Source of the DNA: a virus
Lineage: Duplodnaviria; Caudoviricetes
IMG/VR virus record: IMGVR_UViG_3300044698_000167
Coordinates: 1 to 61,684 of that record
Reading direction: 5' to 3' (one strand)
DNA: 61,684 bases
The notes under the pieces were generated by a model. That model was not told the DNA's origin and made no database searches. It saw only the letters and a program-made list of their open reading frames with translations. Positions within the stretch are counted from its first letter, which is position 1. Each line of letters begins with the position of its first letter. Positions 17,224-26,464 of this stretch are shown here, piece after piece. Made by a program: the position numbers and the translations under genes.

Positions 17224-17774
17224 CAGAACTCCACCATCCTGGTCACAGAGAGCCAAGCGTTATCGAAGTCGGACGGGCTGGTGCCGGAGTAGTAGGGGCG
17301 CATACCGAAGGCTGTCACGGTGTCGGCCCGCACGGTGACGCTGCTGGCTGTCATCCGCCCGAAAGAGGTGACCGGCGGGGATGTGCCCTGCAAGTGGAAG
17401 CCGCTTCCGTTGCCCGTGAATTGCAGGGCGAGGGACTGGACATTGGTGAGCAGCACGGAGTGTGCGAAACCGGTGAGAAGGAAGACACCCGTCGTATCGG
17501 GGGTGATGGTCGAGTCAGTGGCCCAGCCCTGGTTGTCGTACTCCACCGTGTCAAAGGAGAACGCCGACCCGCTGGCGATTGACACCGCGGCAGTGACCCG
17601 CAGGATCGTGGTGGGAAGCTGGTAGGCGCTGGTGATCAGTGCACTGACTGTGTCGAAATCAGCGTCCATCGCTTCGGCCAGCGACCGGGTCTGCACGGGT
17701 GCGTCCGCATCGTCCTTGACCAGCGGCGGGGAACACTGCGGGTAGGGATAACTACGGTTATCGGTCAGGTTCAT
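17223..17774 (-). CDS. Minor tail protein
   Basis: MNLTDNRSYPYP; FDTVEYDN. Confidence 0.7.
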   Translation of the reverse strand: MNLTDNRSYPYPQCSPPLVKDDADAPVQTRSLAEAMDADFDTVSALITSAYQLPTTILRVTAAVSIASGSAFSFDTVEYDNQGWATDSTITPDTTGVFLLTGFAHSVLLTNVQSLALQFTGNGSGFHLQGTSPPVTSFGRMTASSVTVRADTVTAFGMRPYYSGTSPSDFDNAWLSVTRMVEF

Positions 17775-18886
17775 TCGTCGGTTCCTCCCGAGATCGTGAC
17801 CGGCGGGGCCGTGGCCGACCGGGTGCCCAGGGTCATCAGCCCGCCCGTGGTCAGCGGGTAGGTGATCGAGTCGATGACCTGATCCGCGCTCTGCCCCCGG
17901 TAGGAGAGCGTGACCGTGTCCCCCGGCTCCAGCGTGGCATCCGGGACCATCGACACAGACCACTGCTCCGTGAGGGCGGAGGACGCGGCCAGCTGCTGCA
18001 CCGCGAGCTGCTGGGCGGCAGCAGAGGACAACGGAGTCTGGATCTTGATGACCTGCGAGACGCGCCCGTACGTGTCCCCGAACCTGGTCGGGCTGGAGGC
18101 GTCCAGGTTACGGGCCGTGACGCGGATCGGGTCGGTGCCGTCGATCCTCTCGGACACCACGGTCACAGAGTTGGTGACCCCGTCGCGGGTCAAGGTGCGG
18201 GCCGCGGTCTCAGCCAGCCCGCCCGGCCCGTCTGTGATCACCGAGACGACGGACCCCAGCGCGTACGGGTAGCGGCGCACCACGAAGTCCCCGTCACCGA
18301 GCTGGTACCAGCGGCCCTGGAGGACTTCCGCCAGATCGTCCAGAGCCTGGCCCCTGTCCTCATCCCAGGTCAGTGCGGGGGCGTCCTGATCCGTCACGTC
18401 GTCGGTCCCGAAGGTCGCCTCAGGGACCGCAGCCAGGATCAGGCGCCGTATCTCCTCCAGGACTGTGGCCCCGCCGGTTGTGTTCTCCGGTGCTTCGAAG
18501 CGGTACCCCAGCACGTCTGCGGCCCGGTCGTCAGCCCGGATGGTCACGGTGCCGTCTGCCGTCCGCTGCGGCTCGTACACCCGCCCCCTGAAGACGGGGA
18601 AGACCTCCCACAGTCCGTCGGGGTACTGGATACCGGTGCTGATCTGGATCACGCTGGAATACGGGGACAGGATGCTGTCCACGTCCCCGGGGAAGTCGTC
18701 GTCGGAGAACGTCAGGCTGGCCGACCGGGTCACCCGGGATGTCAGGGACGCCCGGACGCTGCCGTCGCTGAAGGTCAGGTCGCTGGCATCGGCTACCTGG
18801 ACCCCGTCCTGGTACACCTGCATGGTGGTGTAGCGCTTGTGCGGGTAGGGCAGCGTGAGCCGGTACGTGTCCGTGGAAGTGAGCAT
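17771..18886 (-). CDS. Minor tail (hub/Tal-like) protein
   Basis: Position and size; PDATLEPGDTV. Confidence 0.75.
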   Translation of the reverse strand: MLTSTDTYRLTLPYPHKRYTTMQVYQDGVQVADASDLTFSDGSVRASLTSRVTRSASLTFSDDDFPGDVDSILSPYSSVIQISTGIQYPDGLWEVFPVFRGRVYEPQRTADGTVTIRADDRAADVLGYRFEAPENTTGGATVLEEIRRLILAAVPEATFGTDDVTDQDAPALTWDEDRGQALDDLAEVLQGRWYQLGDGDFVVRRYPYALGSVVSVITDGPGGLAETAARTLTRDGVTNSVTVVSERIDGTDPIRVTARNLDASSPTRFGDTYGRVSQVIKIQTPLSSAAAQQLAVQQLAASSALTEQWSVSMVPDATLEPGDTVTLSYRGQSADQVIDSITYPLTTGGLMTLGTRSATAPPVTISGGTDE

Positions 18887-20460
18887 CAGGCAGGCTCCAC
18901 CAGCATCCACGCAATGGTGGATGTGTCCGTGCCAGAACTGGACTGGATGTGGAAGCTGACACCCGCCGACCGGGTGTCGACCCGGACGAACCCCGGGGTA
19001 CCGCCGTCCACCTGGCTGGTGAGAAAGATCCGGCTGGCCGCGGTCACCGCCGTAGTGGACACGGTCGCCGCGCCACCAACCAGCGCGGTCGCACCCATCT
19101 TGGCGTTGGACCCCTCCGCGACCCGCAGGCCGCTGCCGATGGCGTTCACGATCAGGTTCCCGCCAGCGGTGAAGCTGGCCGGCGTCGAGTCGACCGTGAC
19201 CCACGACCCGCCGATGCGCATGTACAGCTCACCGGCCGTAGTGTTCAGGGCCAGCGTCCCGTTCAGCGGGGTGCGGGTGAAGCTCGCATCGGCCGGTACG
19301 CCTGCCACTTGCTTGATCGGGGAATGACCCTCGTACCGGATCGGCACCGTTCCTGCGGACTGCGCTCCGGCAGATCCGGTGCTGTTGGTGATGTTGAAGT
19401 CAGCGGTGGACGACGCTTCGTAGAAGACGTGCGCGCCCGTGGGTGCCGTCGTGTAGTTGCCAATGACGTTGCGCAATATCGCGACGGAGTTGGCCCCGGA
19501 GAATAGGTCAATGCCGGAATTGACCGTGGCGACCGCGCCGTTGGCAAGCAGGACGTTTTCCAGGCTGCTGTCCTGCGCTGACCAGGTGATGATGTTCTGC
19601 GCTGTGGCGTAGCCGGAGAAGAAGTCTCCCGCGTAGCAGTACAGGCCGTTGACATAGATTGCGACGCAGTCAGCAGATGCGAGAAGATGCGATCCTCCGC
19701 GGAGATTGCTGGTCTCCATCTTGCAGTCTGTGACGTAGATGCCGTTCGGGTTGTTGGTGTTGCTGGTGCCCGCAGAGATCCGCAGTGCTCCGTTGGTGAA
19801 GTTCTCCCAGCGGCACCCGAGGAACACGATCTGGTTGACAGTATCGGCAGAGAATCCGAAGCCTGCGGCAGCTGCGCTGTTGCGCAGATTTATCATGGGG
19901 GTGGTGGAATTCGCTGCACCCGTCACAGTCTCAAACGTGCAGTTGATGAACCGGGAGTCCCAGAACTCGGCAGTGTCTACCATGACATCGTTGTTGCTGG
20001 TCAGGTGCACATTCTGGAAGAGGAGGTTGTTCGCGTAGTACAGCTGCAACAGGTTCCCGGTCAGGCTGTTGCCGTTGAGAGTCATGTCCTGGATACCCGC
20101 GTACTTCACATGCGTGGCACCCGTGGCATCCGTCGACGGGCCGGACAGGGAGATCAGGACACCGTTCGCGCTCTTGGTGATGGTAGTGGCCTCCCGGCCC
20201 GCCCCGGTCAGGCGCACGTCCGCGGGCACGGTCAGGGATGACACCAGGTACGTGCCCCGGGGGAAGTACACGACTCCTCCGCCGACCGCTTCCACCGCGT
20301 CGATGGCTGCCTGCACCGCGACCGTGTCGTTGCTCACCCCGTTGCCCGTCGCGCCGTACGCGGCATCCGTGACATTGGTGGCCAGGTCGCCGATCTGGGA
20401 CAGCGCCGCGTTCGCGTCAGAACCCCACGGGTCCTGACCGATCGTAGGAACAGTGATCAT
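18886..20460 (-). CDS. Tail spike/fibre with pectate-lyase-like beta helix
   Basis: YGATGNGVSNDTVAVQAAIDA...GGGVVYFPRGTY. Confidence 0.8.
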   Translation of the reverse strand: MITVPTIGQDPWGSDANAALSQIGDLATNVTDAAYGATGNGVSNDTVAVQAAIDAVEAVGGGVVYFPRGTYLVSSLTVPADVRLTGAGREATTITKSANGVLISLSGPSTDATGATHVKYAGIQDMTLNGNSLTGNLLQLYYANNLLFQNVHLTSNNDVMVDTAEFWDSRFINCTFETVTGAANSTTPMINLRNSAAAAGFGFSADTVNQIVFLGCRWENFTNGALRISAGTSNTNNPNGIYVTDCKMETSNLRGGSHLLASADCVAIYVNGLYCYAGDFFSGYATAQNIITWSAQDSSLENVLLANGAVATVNSGIDLFSGANSVAILRNVIGNYTTAPTGAHVFYEASSTADFNITNSTGSAGAQSAGTVPIRYEGHSPIKQVAGVPADASFTRTPLNGTLALNTTAGELYMRIGGSWVTVDSTPASFTAGGNLIVNAIGSGLRVAEGSNAKMGATALVGGAATVSTTAVTAASRIFLTSQVDGGTPGFVRVDTRSAGVSFHIQSSSGTDTSTIAWMLVEPA

Positions 20461-20462
20461 GT

Positions 20463-21392
20463 CTAACCTCCATCTCCGTAGGGCCCGGAACCATATGGAC
20501 CGAAGCCGTATCCGTCAGTCGGGAGCGGGACCGGCGTCGCCGTGCAGTCGACAACCCCGAGCCAGGTCAAGCCGGTATTGGCCAGGTCCTGGCTGGTCTC
20601 GTAGCGCTCCTCGACCAGGCACCAGTTGGCGCACGCGGTCCCCTGCGCCGGGGCCGCGGGCGCGGGCCGGTCCACCTGGACCAGGGGTACATCCCACCGC
20701 CGGTAAGGAAGCCGCTGGTCAGACGACCCCGTGTAGACCTCGGTCAGCTCGCCGGGCTGCCAGTACGCGTCGGGCCAGCCGAACAGCGGCTGTATCTGGA
20801 GCAGCAGCGGACCGCCCGCGGTGAACAGGTCGTAGACGCTGTCAATCGCGTCCAGGGTGCGGGTCAGGAACGTGATGCTGGAGACGATGCCCTTGCGGCG
20901 AGCCCAGATGTCAGCGGGCAGCTCCCGGTCCAGAACGGGGATCAGGTTGGCGTCCGACGCCCGGCCCTTGCTCCCCAGCCGCAGCAGGGAGACCGGGTCC
21001 GCCAGGTCGGCGCAGGGCCCTCCGAGCTCCCCGCACAGGTCCACCCGGACGTTCGCCCACGGGCGGCCGGGGTCCTTGAGCCAGTTGTAGCCCCCGGATG
21101 TGATCGTGACCGGTCCGCCGGTGACGACGTTCGACGACGGATCCAGCCCTACTACGTCCTCGAAGGCACGGTAGGTGACGGCCGTGTCCAGCGGGGCTTC
21201 GCTGTCGGTCAGGAAGTAGTCCAGGGTCACGGGGAAGGTGGCGAAGCGGTACCCGCCCCGCACGATGTGCTCCGTGGCGTCGGGGTGGATGCGCACCACG
21301 GTGACCTGGTTCTCCACCAGGAACGAGTCAAACTGTATGTACAGCTCGATGTTCGCGAGCGCGTCGTTCGCGGTCGCGGTCAGAGTCGCCAT
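20463..21392 (-). CDS. Minor tail (distal tail-like) protein
   Basis: Directly after the TMP; DSEAPLDTAVTYRA...WLKDPGRP. Confidence 0.75.
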   Translation of the reverse strand: MATLTATANDALANIELYIQFDSFLVENQVTVVRIHPDATEHIVRGGYRFATFPVTLDYFLTDSEAPLDTAVTYRAFEDVVGLDPSSNVVTGGPVTITSGGYNWLKDPGRPWANVRVDLCGELGGPCADLADPVSLLRLGSKGRASDANLIPVLDRELPADIWARRKGIVSSITFLTRTLDAIDSVYDLFTAGGPLLLQIQPLFGWPDAYWQPGELTEVYTGSSDQRLPYRRWDVPLVQVDRPAPAAPAQGTACANWCLVEERYETSQDLANTGLTWLGVVDCTATPVPLPTDGYGFGPYGSGPYGDGG

Positions 21393-24013
21393 TACCGCCT
21401 CACCCCCTGGAGCTGGAGCCGTGCGGCTGCGTCGCCTGCCTGGTCGATCATGACCCGGACCCGGTCTGTGAGGACACGGCCGTCGATCATCACCACCACC
21501 CTCGGTGCCGCGGCTGCGGCCACGTTCACGGTCGGGGCGGCCTGTCCACGGGCTTCGGATGACACGGTGGACACCATCGAGGACACGTCCGGGACAGCCG
21601 ACAAGGACAGGTCCGCTGCCGCCATCTGAAGGGCCGGGATGCCCCTGGACAGCCCCAGCACCATTCCCGCGGCCGTGTCTCCGCCTATCTCCATGAAAAC
21701 TTTGCTCGGGGAGGAGATGCCAAGCGCGGACTTGGCAGCGCCGATGGCGGAGGACACGGCCTCCTTGGCTGCTGACGCGAGGGACCCGGCCTTGTCACGG
21801 ATGCCGCTGATCATGCTTGCGATCAGCTGCCGTCCCGTGCTCACCAGCCAGGACGCGGCACCGGACACAGCTCCCTGCACGCGGCCCTTCAGACCCCGGA
21901 CCGCGGTGACCATCCGGCTGATGGCGCTGGAGACGGCCTGCCGCGCAGCGTTGAACTTGGATACGAAGAAACCGAGGACGGCTGAGAGTGCCGAGGACAC
22001 CGTGCTGCGGACCGAGGACAAGGCACTGGACACCGTGCTGCGGACCGAGGACAAGGCACTGGACACACGGGAGCTGACCGCCGTGAACACGCGGGAAACC
22101 GTCTCGCGCACCCGGTTGAACACCGCGGAGAAGTGGGTCCCGACCCCGGAGACCAGGCGTTTTGCCGCGTTCCAGGCCCCGGTGAAGTCCCCCCGGATCA
22201 AGGCAACGATCACATTGATCGCAGGGACGACGATGTTCTTGATCACGGACGCCAGGTTCTTGGCCATGATCACGGCCAGCCGGACCACTATGCCGATGAC
22301 CGGCTGGATCACCGGGAGGAGGCTGGTCAGCGCCCCGATCAGCTGCTCCCCGATCACGGTGATCAGCGGGCCGAGCGCGGTCAGCAGCTGGCCGACTGCC
22401 ACCCCGAGGATGGCGAAGACCGGGGTGAGCTGGACCAGCAGACCGGACAGTACGGGAAGGATGGCGGCCGTCAGCTGCGTCAGCGTGTCCAGCAGCGGGG
22501 TGATGATCGCAGGAAGCGCCGCAATGACCGGTGCCAGGACTGCGGTGAGGATCTGCCCGACTTGCGCGATGAGGGGGGATGCCTGGGCGAAGATCATTGC
22601 CACCGCGTCCAGGAGCGGCACCAGCGGCGGCAGCAGGGACGCGATCAGGTTGCCGATGACGGGGAGCAGCGGGGAGAAAGCCTTGACCACGCCTCCGACT
22701 GTGACCGCGGCAGCCGCCAGCACAGGCCCCAGCGCCGCGATGACGGGCCGCAACCCGGCTCCCAGATCTGCGATCAGGACCTGCACCGGACCCGCCAGCG
22801 CGGTGATCACCGGGCCGACGGCCGCCAGGGCACTGCCCAGCAGCGGGGCCGCAGTGGTGGCCAGGACACCCATGGTCTGCACCAGGGCCTGAATGGCCTC
22901 CCGGAAACCGGCCGTCGCAGTGACATCCTCCAGTACCTGCGTGATCTCCGTGAGCACCGCGAACGTTCCCGTACCCGCGGTGCTGGCCGCGGCCAGGACG
23001 TTGCGCAAGGTCCCGAAGACGTTGCCGATGATCCCGCCCAGATCCTTCAGCAGGCCGACGGCTTGATTGACCGATGCTTCCAGCGCCCCGGACTGGAACG
23101 CATCGGACAGCCGCTCAGAGATCTTGGTAGCAGCCCCGGCCGCTGCTCCGGTGAGCCTGTCGAACGCGGGGGCTCCCGCGGCAGCGAGCTGGCCGAGCGC
23201 GGTGACCGCCCGGCCGGGGATATCTGACAAGTTCTTCAGGCCCGCGTTAGCCCCGGCCATGGCCGTGCCCAGCGTGCCTTCCTTGGCGAGCTGCGAGGCA
23301 GCTGCCGCGGTACCCAGCGCCATGCCGTTGAGGGTTGTGGCGGTGTCCTTGAGGTTCGTCTGGAGGACTGGCAGCACTGACGTGGACAGGGACGTCAGGG
23401 ACTTGGAGAACCCGGTGAAGAGCTCCTGCTGAATGCCCTGCTGGAACTTGGCGAAGGAAGGGGCCAGTTCCCGGACCGTGACAGCGAATGCGCGGGCGGA
23501 AGGTGCCAGTTTCTCCAGCGATTCCTTGAACTTCTTGGTGCCCTCTTCCGAGGTGTCGAAAGCAGCGCTGACCGCGTCCCCGACACCGATCATGCCGAGT
23601 TTCACGACCGCGGAAGCCTGCTGGACCGCCAGCAGGCCCGTGGCCGCAGCCGCGCCTGCCGGGGCGATGTTCTGTACCGCGGCCACGATCCCGGCCACCA
23701 GGGGCAGTGCCGAGCCCGCGGCTGCGCCCACCGCGCCGACTGCCAGGCCGGCCCGCCCGAGGACGGATCCGACGGTCCCGGCCACCTGGCCCAGGCTCCG
23801 CAGGGAGATCCCGAACCGGTCGCCCCCGCCTGCGGCCCGGGTCAGGGACCGGTTGATCAGGTCGCCCTCAGAGACGAACCGCCCGCGCAGGTCTCTGATC
23901 CGCCCGTCCGCGTCCCGGCTGAACCTTTGCAGGGCCCGGAGCGCCGGATCGGTGTTCATGGTCACCGTGATGACGGCATTGCCGATCAGGCCGTCTCCGG
24001 CGGGTGTGCTCAC
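21392..24013 (-). CDS. Tape measure protein
   Basis: 873 aa, Ala/Gly/Leu-rich with 11-residue periodicity; LGISSPSKVF. Confidence 0.92.
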   Translation of the reverse strand: MSTPAGDGLIGNAVITVTMNTDPALRALQRFSRDADGRIRDLRGRFVSEGDLINRSLTRAAGGGDRFGISLRSLGQVAGTVGSVLGRAGLAVGAVGAAAGSALPLVAGIVAAVQNIAPAGAAAATGLLAVQQASAVVKLGMIGVGDAVSAAFDTSEEGTKKFKESLEKLAPSARAFAVTVRELAPSFAKFQQGIQQELFTGFSKSLTSLSTSVLPVLQTNLKDTATTLNGMALGTAAAASQLAKEGTLGTAMAGANAGLKNLSDIPGRAVTALGQLAAAGAPAFDRLTGAAAGAATKISERLSDAFQSGALEASVNQAVGLLKDLGGIIGNVFGTLRNVLAAASTAGTGTFAVLTEITQVLEDVTATAGFREAIQALVQTMGVLATTAAPLLGSALAAVGPVITALAGPVQVLIADLGAGLRPVIAALGPVLAAAAVTVGGVVKAFSPLLPVIGNLIASLLPPLVPLLDAVAMIFAQASPLIAQVGQILTAVLAPVIAALPAIITPLLDTLTQLTAAILPVLSGLLVQLTPVFAILGVAVGQLLTALGPLITVIGEQLIGALTSLLPVIQPVIGIVVRLAVIMAKNLASVIKNIVVPAINVIVALIRGDFTGAWNAAKRLVSGVGTHFSAVFNRVRETVSRVFTAVSSRVSSALSSVRSTVSSALSSVRSTVSSALSAVLGFFVSKFNAARQAVSSAISRMVTAVRGLKGRVQGAVSGAASWLVSTGRQLIASMISGIRDKAGSLASAAKEAVSSAIGAAKSALGISSPSKVFMEIGGDTAAGMVLGLSRGIPALQMAAADLSLSAVPDVSSMVSTVSSEARGQAAPTVNVAAAAAPRVVVMIDGRVLTDRVRVMIDQAGDAAARLQLQGVRR

Positions 24014-24357
24014 AGGACCACCCCCATCGACTTCAGGAAGCTGCCGCTGGCGTCCTCGGCGCCGTACCACCAGTGCGGTGCGCGCGGGTCGCGAGGGGCC
24101 ACCTGGACAGGTTCACGGCCGGGCACGGTCCAGCCAGCCACGGACAGCACCGCGTCCAGTGACTTGCGCGCGTCCTCGGCACTCTGGCCCTTCCGGACCC
24201 GCGTCCGCTGCGTCATCTCCGCGTAGACCAGGTTCAGGAACCGGCTCGCGGGGAGGTCGGCGAAGCCGGTTCCGGCTGCGGCGCTGCGTCCATCGAGCTC
24301 GTGCCAGATCCCGGGCCTGGTGACCCACTGGCAGAGGGCGAGAACGGCTGTGTAGGG
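24010..24357 (-). CDS. Tail assembly chaperone, frameshifted (GT) extension
   Basis: -1 frame overlapping the TAC, entered at CGC CCT AC (RP|YTAVL); ends at the TMP start. Confidence 0.65.
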   Translation of the reverse strand, partial: PYTAVLALCQWVTRPGIWHELDGRSAAAGTGFADLPASRFLNLVYAEMTQRTRVRKGQSAEDARKSLDAVLSVAGWTVPGREPVQVAPRDPRAPHWWYGAEDASGSFLKSMGVVL

Positions 24358-24659
24358 CGTAGCCCGTAGCACTCCACCAGCCAGAGGAGGACCTCGCTGG
24401 CCTGGTCCAGTTCGATGGGCTGTTCCAGGTCGGCGAACCGTTTGGCGAACAGAGCGCTGGACTCGGGGAGCAGGACCATCGACAGCGCGTCTGTGATGAT
24501 GCGCAGCTTGTCCCCGGTGGCTGCCTCAGCCGCGTCGGAGAACCGCAGGGCGAACTCGGTCAGGGTCTGGCCGGGGAGCGCGGGCGCGGCCTCGAACGTG
24601 TCCGGGCCGATGGTGAACACGACGCGCTCGCGTACGCGGGTGAAGTCCTTCACGGTCAT
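24234..24659 (-). CDS. Tail assembly chaperone
   Basis: Upstream of the TMP; WLVECYGLRPT followed by an S/P-rich tail. Confidence 0.8.
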   Translation of the reverse strand: MTVKDFTRVRERVVFTIGPDTFEAAPALPGQTLTEFALRFSDAAEAATGDKLRIITDALSMVLLPESSALFAKRFADLEQPIELDQASEVLLWLVECYGLRPTQPFSPSASGSPGPGSGTSSMDAAPQPEPASPTSPRAGS

Positions 24660-24766
24660 GATCCCCACCGTAGGGGACTGGATCCCATGATCGTTCCGGA
24701 GCGGTACGCGTCACGGTGCGTGAGAGTGTGGGCAACGGACCCGGGTGTGGGGTGTGGGCAACGGGG

Positions 24767-24808
24767 GCCGGAAAGTTATCCACAAGACCCTGTGGATAAC
24801 TTTCCGGC
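24767..24808. promoter_or_regulatory. Two perfect DnaA boxes in an 18-bp inverted repeat
   Basis: TTATCCACA 24776-24784 and TGTGGATAA 24791-24799. Confidence 0.85.
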
Positions 24809-24844
24809 GTAAGCCTCTTAGGGGGGCAGACCGGACACGGAACA

Positions 24845-25002
24845 GGTGTGGTCGGTGTGGGGAGTGTGGGGAACAGACCCGTTACAACCATACGTCTGGC
24901 TTAGTGAGTCAAATGATCATGGTCTGTGTGGGGGTGTTCAGTGACCGAGCCATATGGGTTCCCAGGCCGGGGCCCACACTTTCCACACCGCCCACACTCT
25001 GC
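24845..25002. repeat. Origin-like element, copy A (GTGTGG iterons flanking an AT-richer core)
   Basis: Inverted homolog of 50735-50888; 30 bp identical plus four conserved blocks. Confidence 0.8.
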
Positions 25003-25044
25003 TTCCCGGTAAGACTCCTGGGACCGGTCACTCAGCGTGACTGT

Positions 25045-25437
25045 CTACAGGGCCTGCCGCAGAGCTTCGATCATGAAATTGTTCGGCTTCGTCCCCGGGT
25101 GGTGGACGATCTTCGCGTAGATGATGCGGCCGTTGACCGTGAACCGGAGCACCCCTCCCGGCCGCCTGGGTCTGATGATGTGCTTCGCGGTCCCGTTGAC
25201 CACGTAGATGCTGGCCGGATGCGTGGACGTGATCACCCCTACCGGCCCATCTGCGCGGTAGTCGACCCGGGTCCTGATGCCTGAGCCCATGCTGCCCGGT
25301 GCAAGGCGCTCAGCGGCTGCCTGGACGCGTCCCGCGCGCCGTTGCAGGTTCCTGTCCACCAGACCCCCGGGAAGGCGCAGGAGACGCGCTATACGGCCAT
25401 GGTCCAGCCGGAACGAGGTGCTCACGTTGAAGGACAC
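25045..25437 (-). CDS. HK97 gp10-like neck/tail-completion protein
   Basis: YVVNGTAKHIIRPR...VHHPGTKPNNFM. Confidence 0.8.
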   Translation of the reverse strand: MSFNVSTSFRLDHGRIARLLRLPGGLVDRNLQRRAGRVQAAAERLAPGSMGSGIRTRVDYRADGPVGVITSTHPASIYVVNGTAKHIIRPRRPGGVLRFTVNGRIIYAKIVHHPGTKPNNFMIEALRQAL

Positions 25438-25535
25438 GTGTCCATTGTCCCGCCAAGGGCCTGCTGTACCTGCCGGAGACCGGGCTGGAGGTGCCGCCCC
25501 CTCGTGAACGAGGGGGTCCTACGGGGCCCCTCTCG

Positions 25536-26051
25536 TCAGTTCCGGAGCAGCGCTACCAGGAACCGGAGCTCGTTGCCGACGCACCCGCCGGACGGGCCCT
25601 GTGCCACCAGGGGGTTGATGAAGAAGTCGATGATCTCCCGGTCCGGCTGCGCCCGCATCGCGCACAGGGTCACGGTGACCGACTGGAGCAGCTCGTGGGC
25701 GTCGGTCAGGATCTCCTGAGCGGATGCGTCCAGCGCGGCGGTCGTGGGCGCGAGATCATCCCCCTCCGGGTTGGGGGCGCAGCGGATGAGCTGGACCACG
25801 AACTCACCCACATCCCAGGCCGCGTCACACGCACCCGCACCGATCTGCGTGGTGAGCTGCGCGGGGAAGGTGTCGGAGAGATACACCCGGGCCACGGAGA
25901 CGGCCAGCAGACCGCAGTCACAGGCGTCCCACGCGATGGCCCCGGGGACGACACAGGACCGGTCGGGCAGCGTGGTCAGGTCCGCCATGACCGCGGCCCG
26001 GACCGTCTCCGCCACGGTGTACCACTTGAGGGACCCGGTGATGAGCGGCAT
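25536..26051 (-). CDS. Tail terminator-like protein
   Basis: AWDACDCGLLAV...RCAP...GPSGGCVG; position. Confidence 0.7.
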   Translation of the reverse strand: MPLITGSLKWYTVAETVRAAVMADLTTLPDRSCVVPGAIAWDACDCGLLAVSVARVYLSDTFPAQLTTQIGAGACDAAWDVGEFVVQLIRCAPNPEGDDLAPTTAALDASAQEILTDAHELLQSVTVTLCAMRAQPDREIIDFFINPLVAQGPSGGCVGNELRFLVALLRN

Positions 26052-26144
26052 GGGGCCAGGCTAGTCCGTCGGCTTGAGGCCCCGCCCCGCCCGGCCTAAG
26101 CTTTTCTTAATTCAGACAGACAGAGACACAACGACGGAGGAATC

Positions 26145-26369
26145 ATGATCATCACGGTCAACGTGGCTGTGCTGCTGGCGGTCATCGTGTACCTGCGGGT
26201 CCGGCGTGCGGTCGCGCCCCGGACCCGGGCGGATCAGTGGGTGACCGTGGCGCTCGTCCTGTCCCTGGGCCTGCTCCTGTACCCGACGGACACGGGCCGG
26301 TTCCTGTCCCGGATTCTCGGGGCCTTCCTGGGGTCCCTCGGACAGGCCCTGTCTGCTGTCGCGCTCTAG
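26145..26369 (+). CDS. Small 2-TM membrane protein, antisense to the structural operon
   Basis: AT-rich element and gacggaggaatcATG; two hydrophobic helices. Confidence 0.75.
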   Translation: MIITVNVAVLLAVIVYLRVRRAVAPRTRADQWVTVALVLSLGLLLYPTDTGRFLSRILGAFLGSLGQALSAVAL

Positions 26370-26389
26370 GTGCTGCGCTTGAGCGTGGT

Positions 26390-26464
26390 CTGTGGTTTAC
26401 TTAATTCCGAGCGGAACTGTTCAAGAACGACTGCCCGCCAGGATAAAACCCCAGGTGAAAGAGA
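26390..26464 (+). promoter_or_regulatory. Promoter element and leader of the CRISPR mini-array
   Basis: ctgtggtttacttaattc identical to 820-837; A-rich end ataaaaccccaggtgaaagaga. Confidence 0.65.

Noticed and set aside
21995-22066. 33-bp tandem repeat in the tape measure gene
   Set aside because: Ordinary 11-residue TMP periodicity.
25497-25535. Overlapping alternative hairpins between tail genes as a riboswitch or attenuator
   Set aside because: Short GC-rich stems with no recognisable aptamer; cannot be told apart from a simple terminator or chance.
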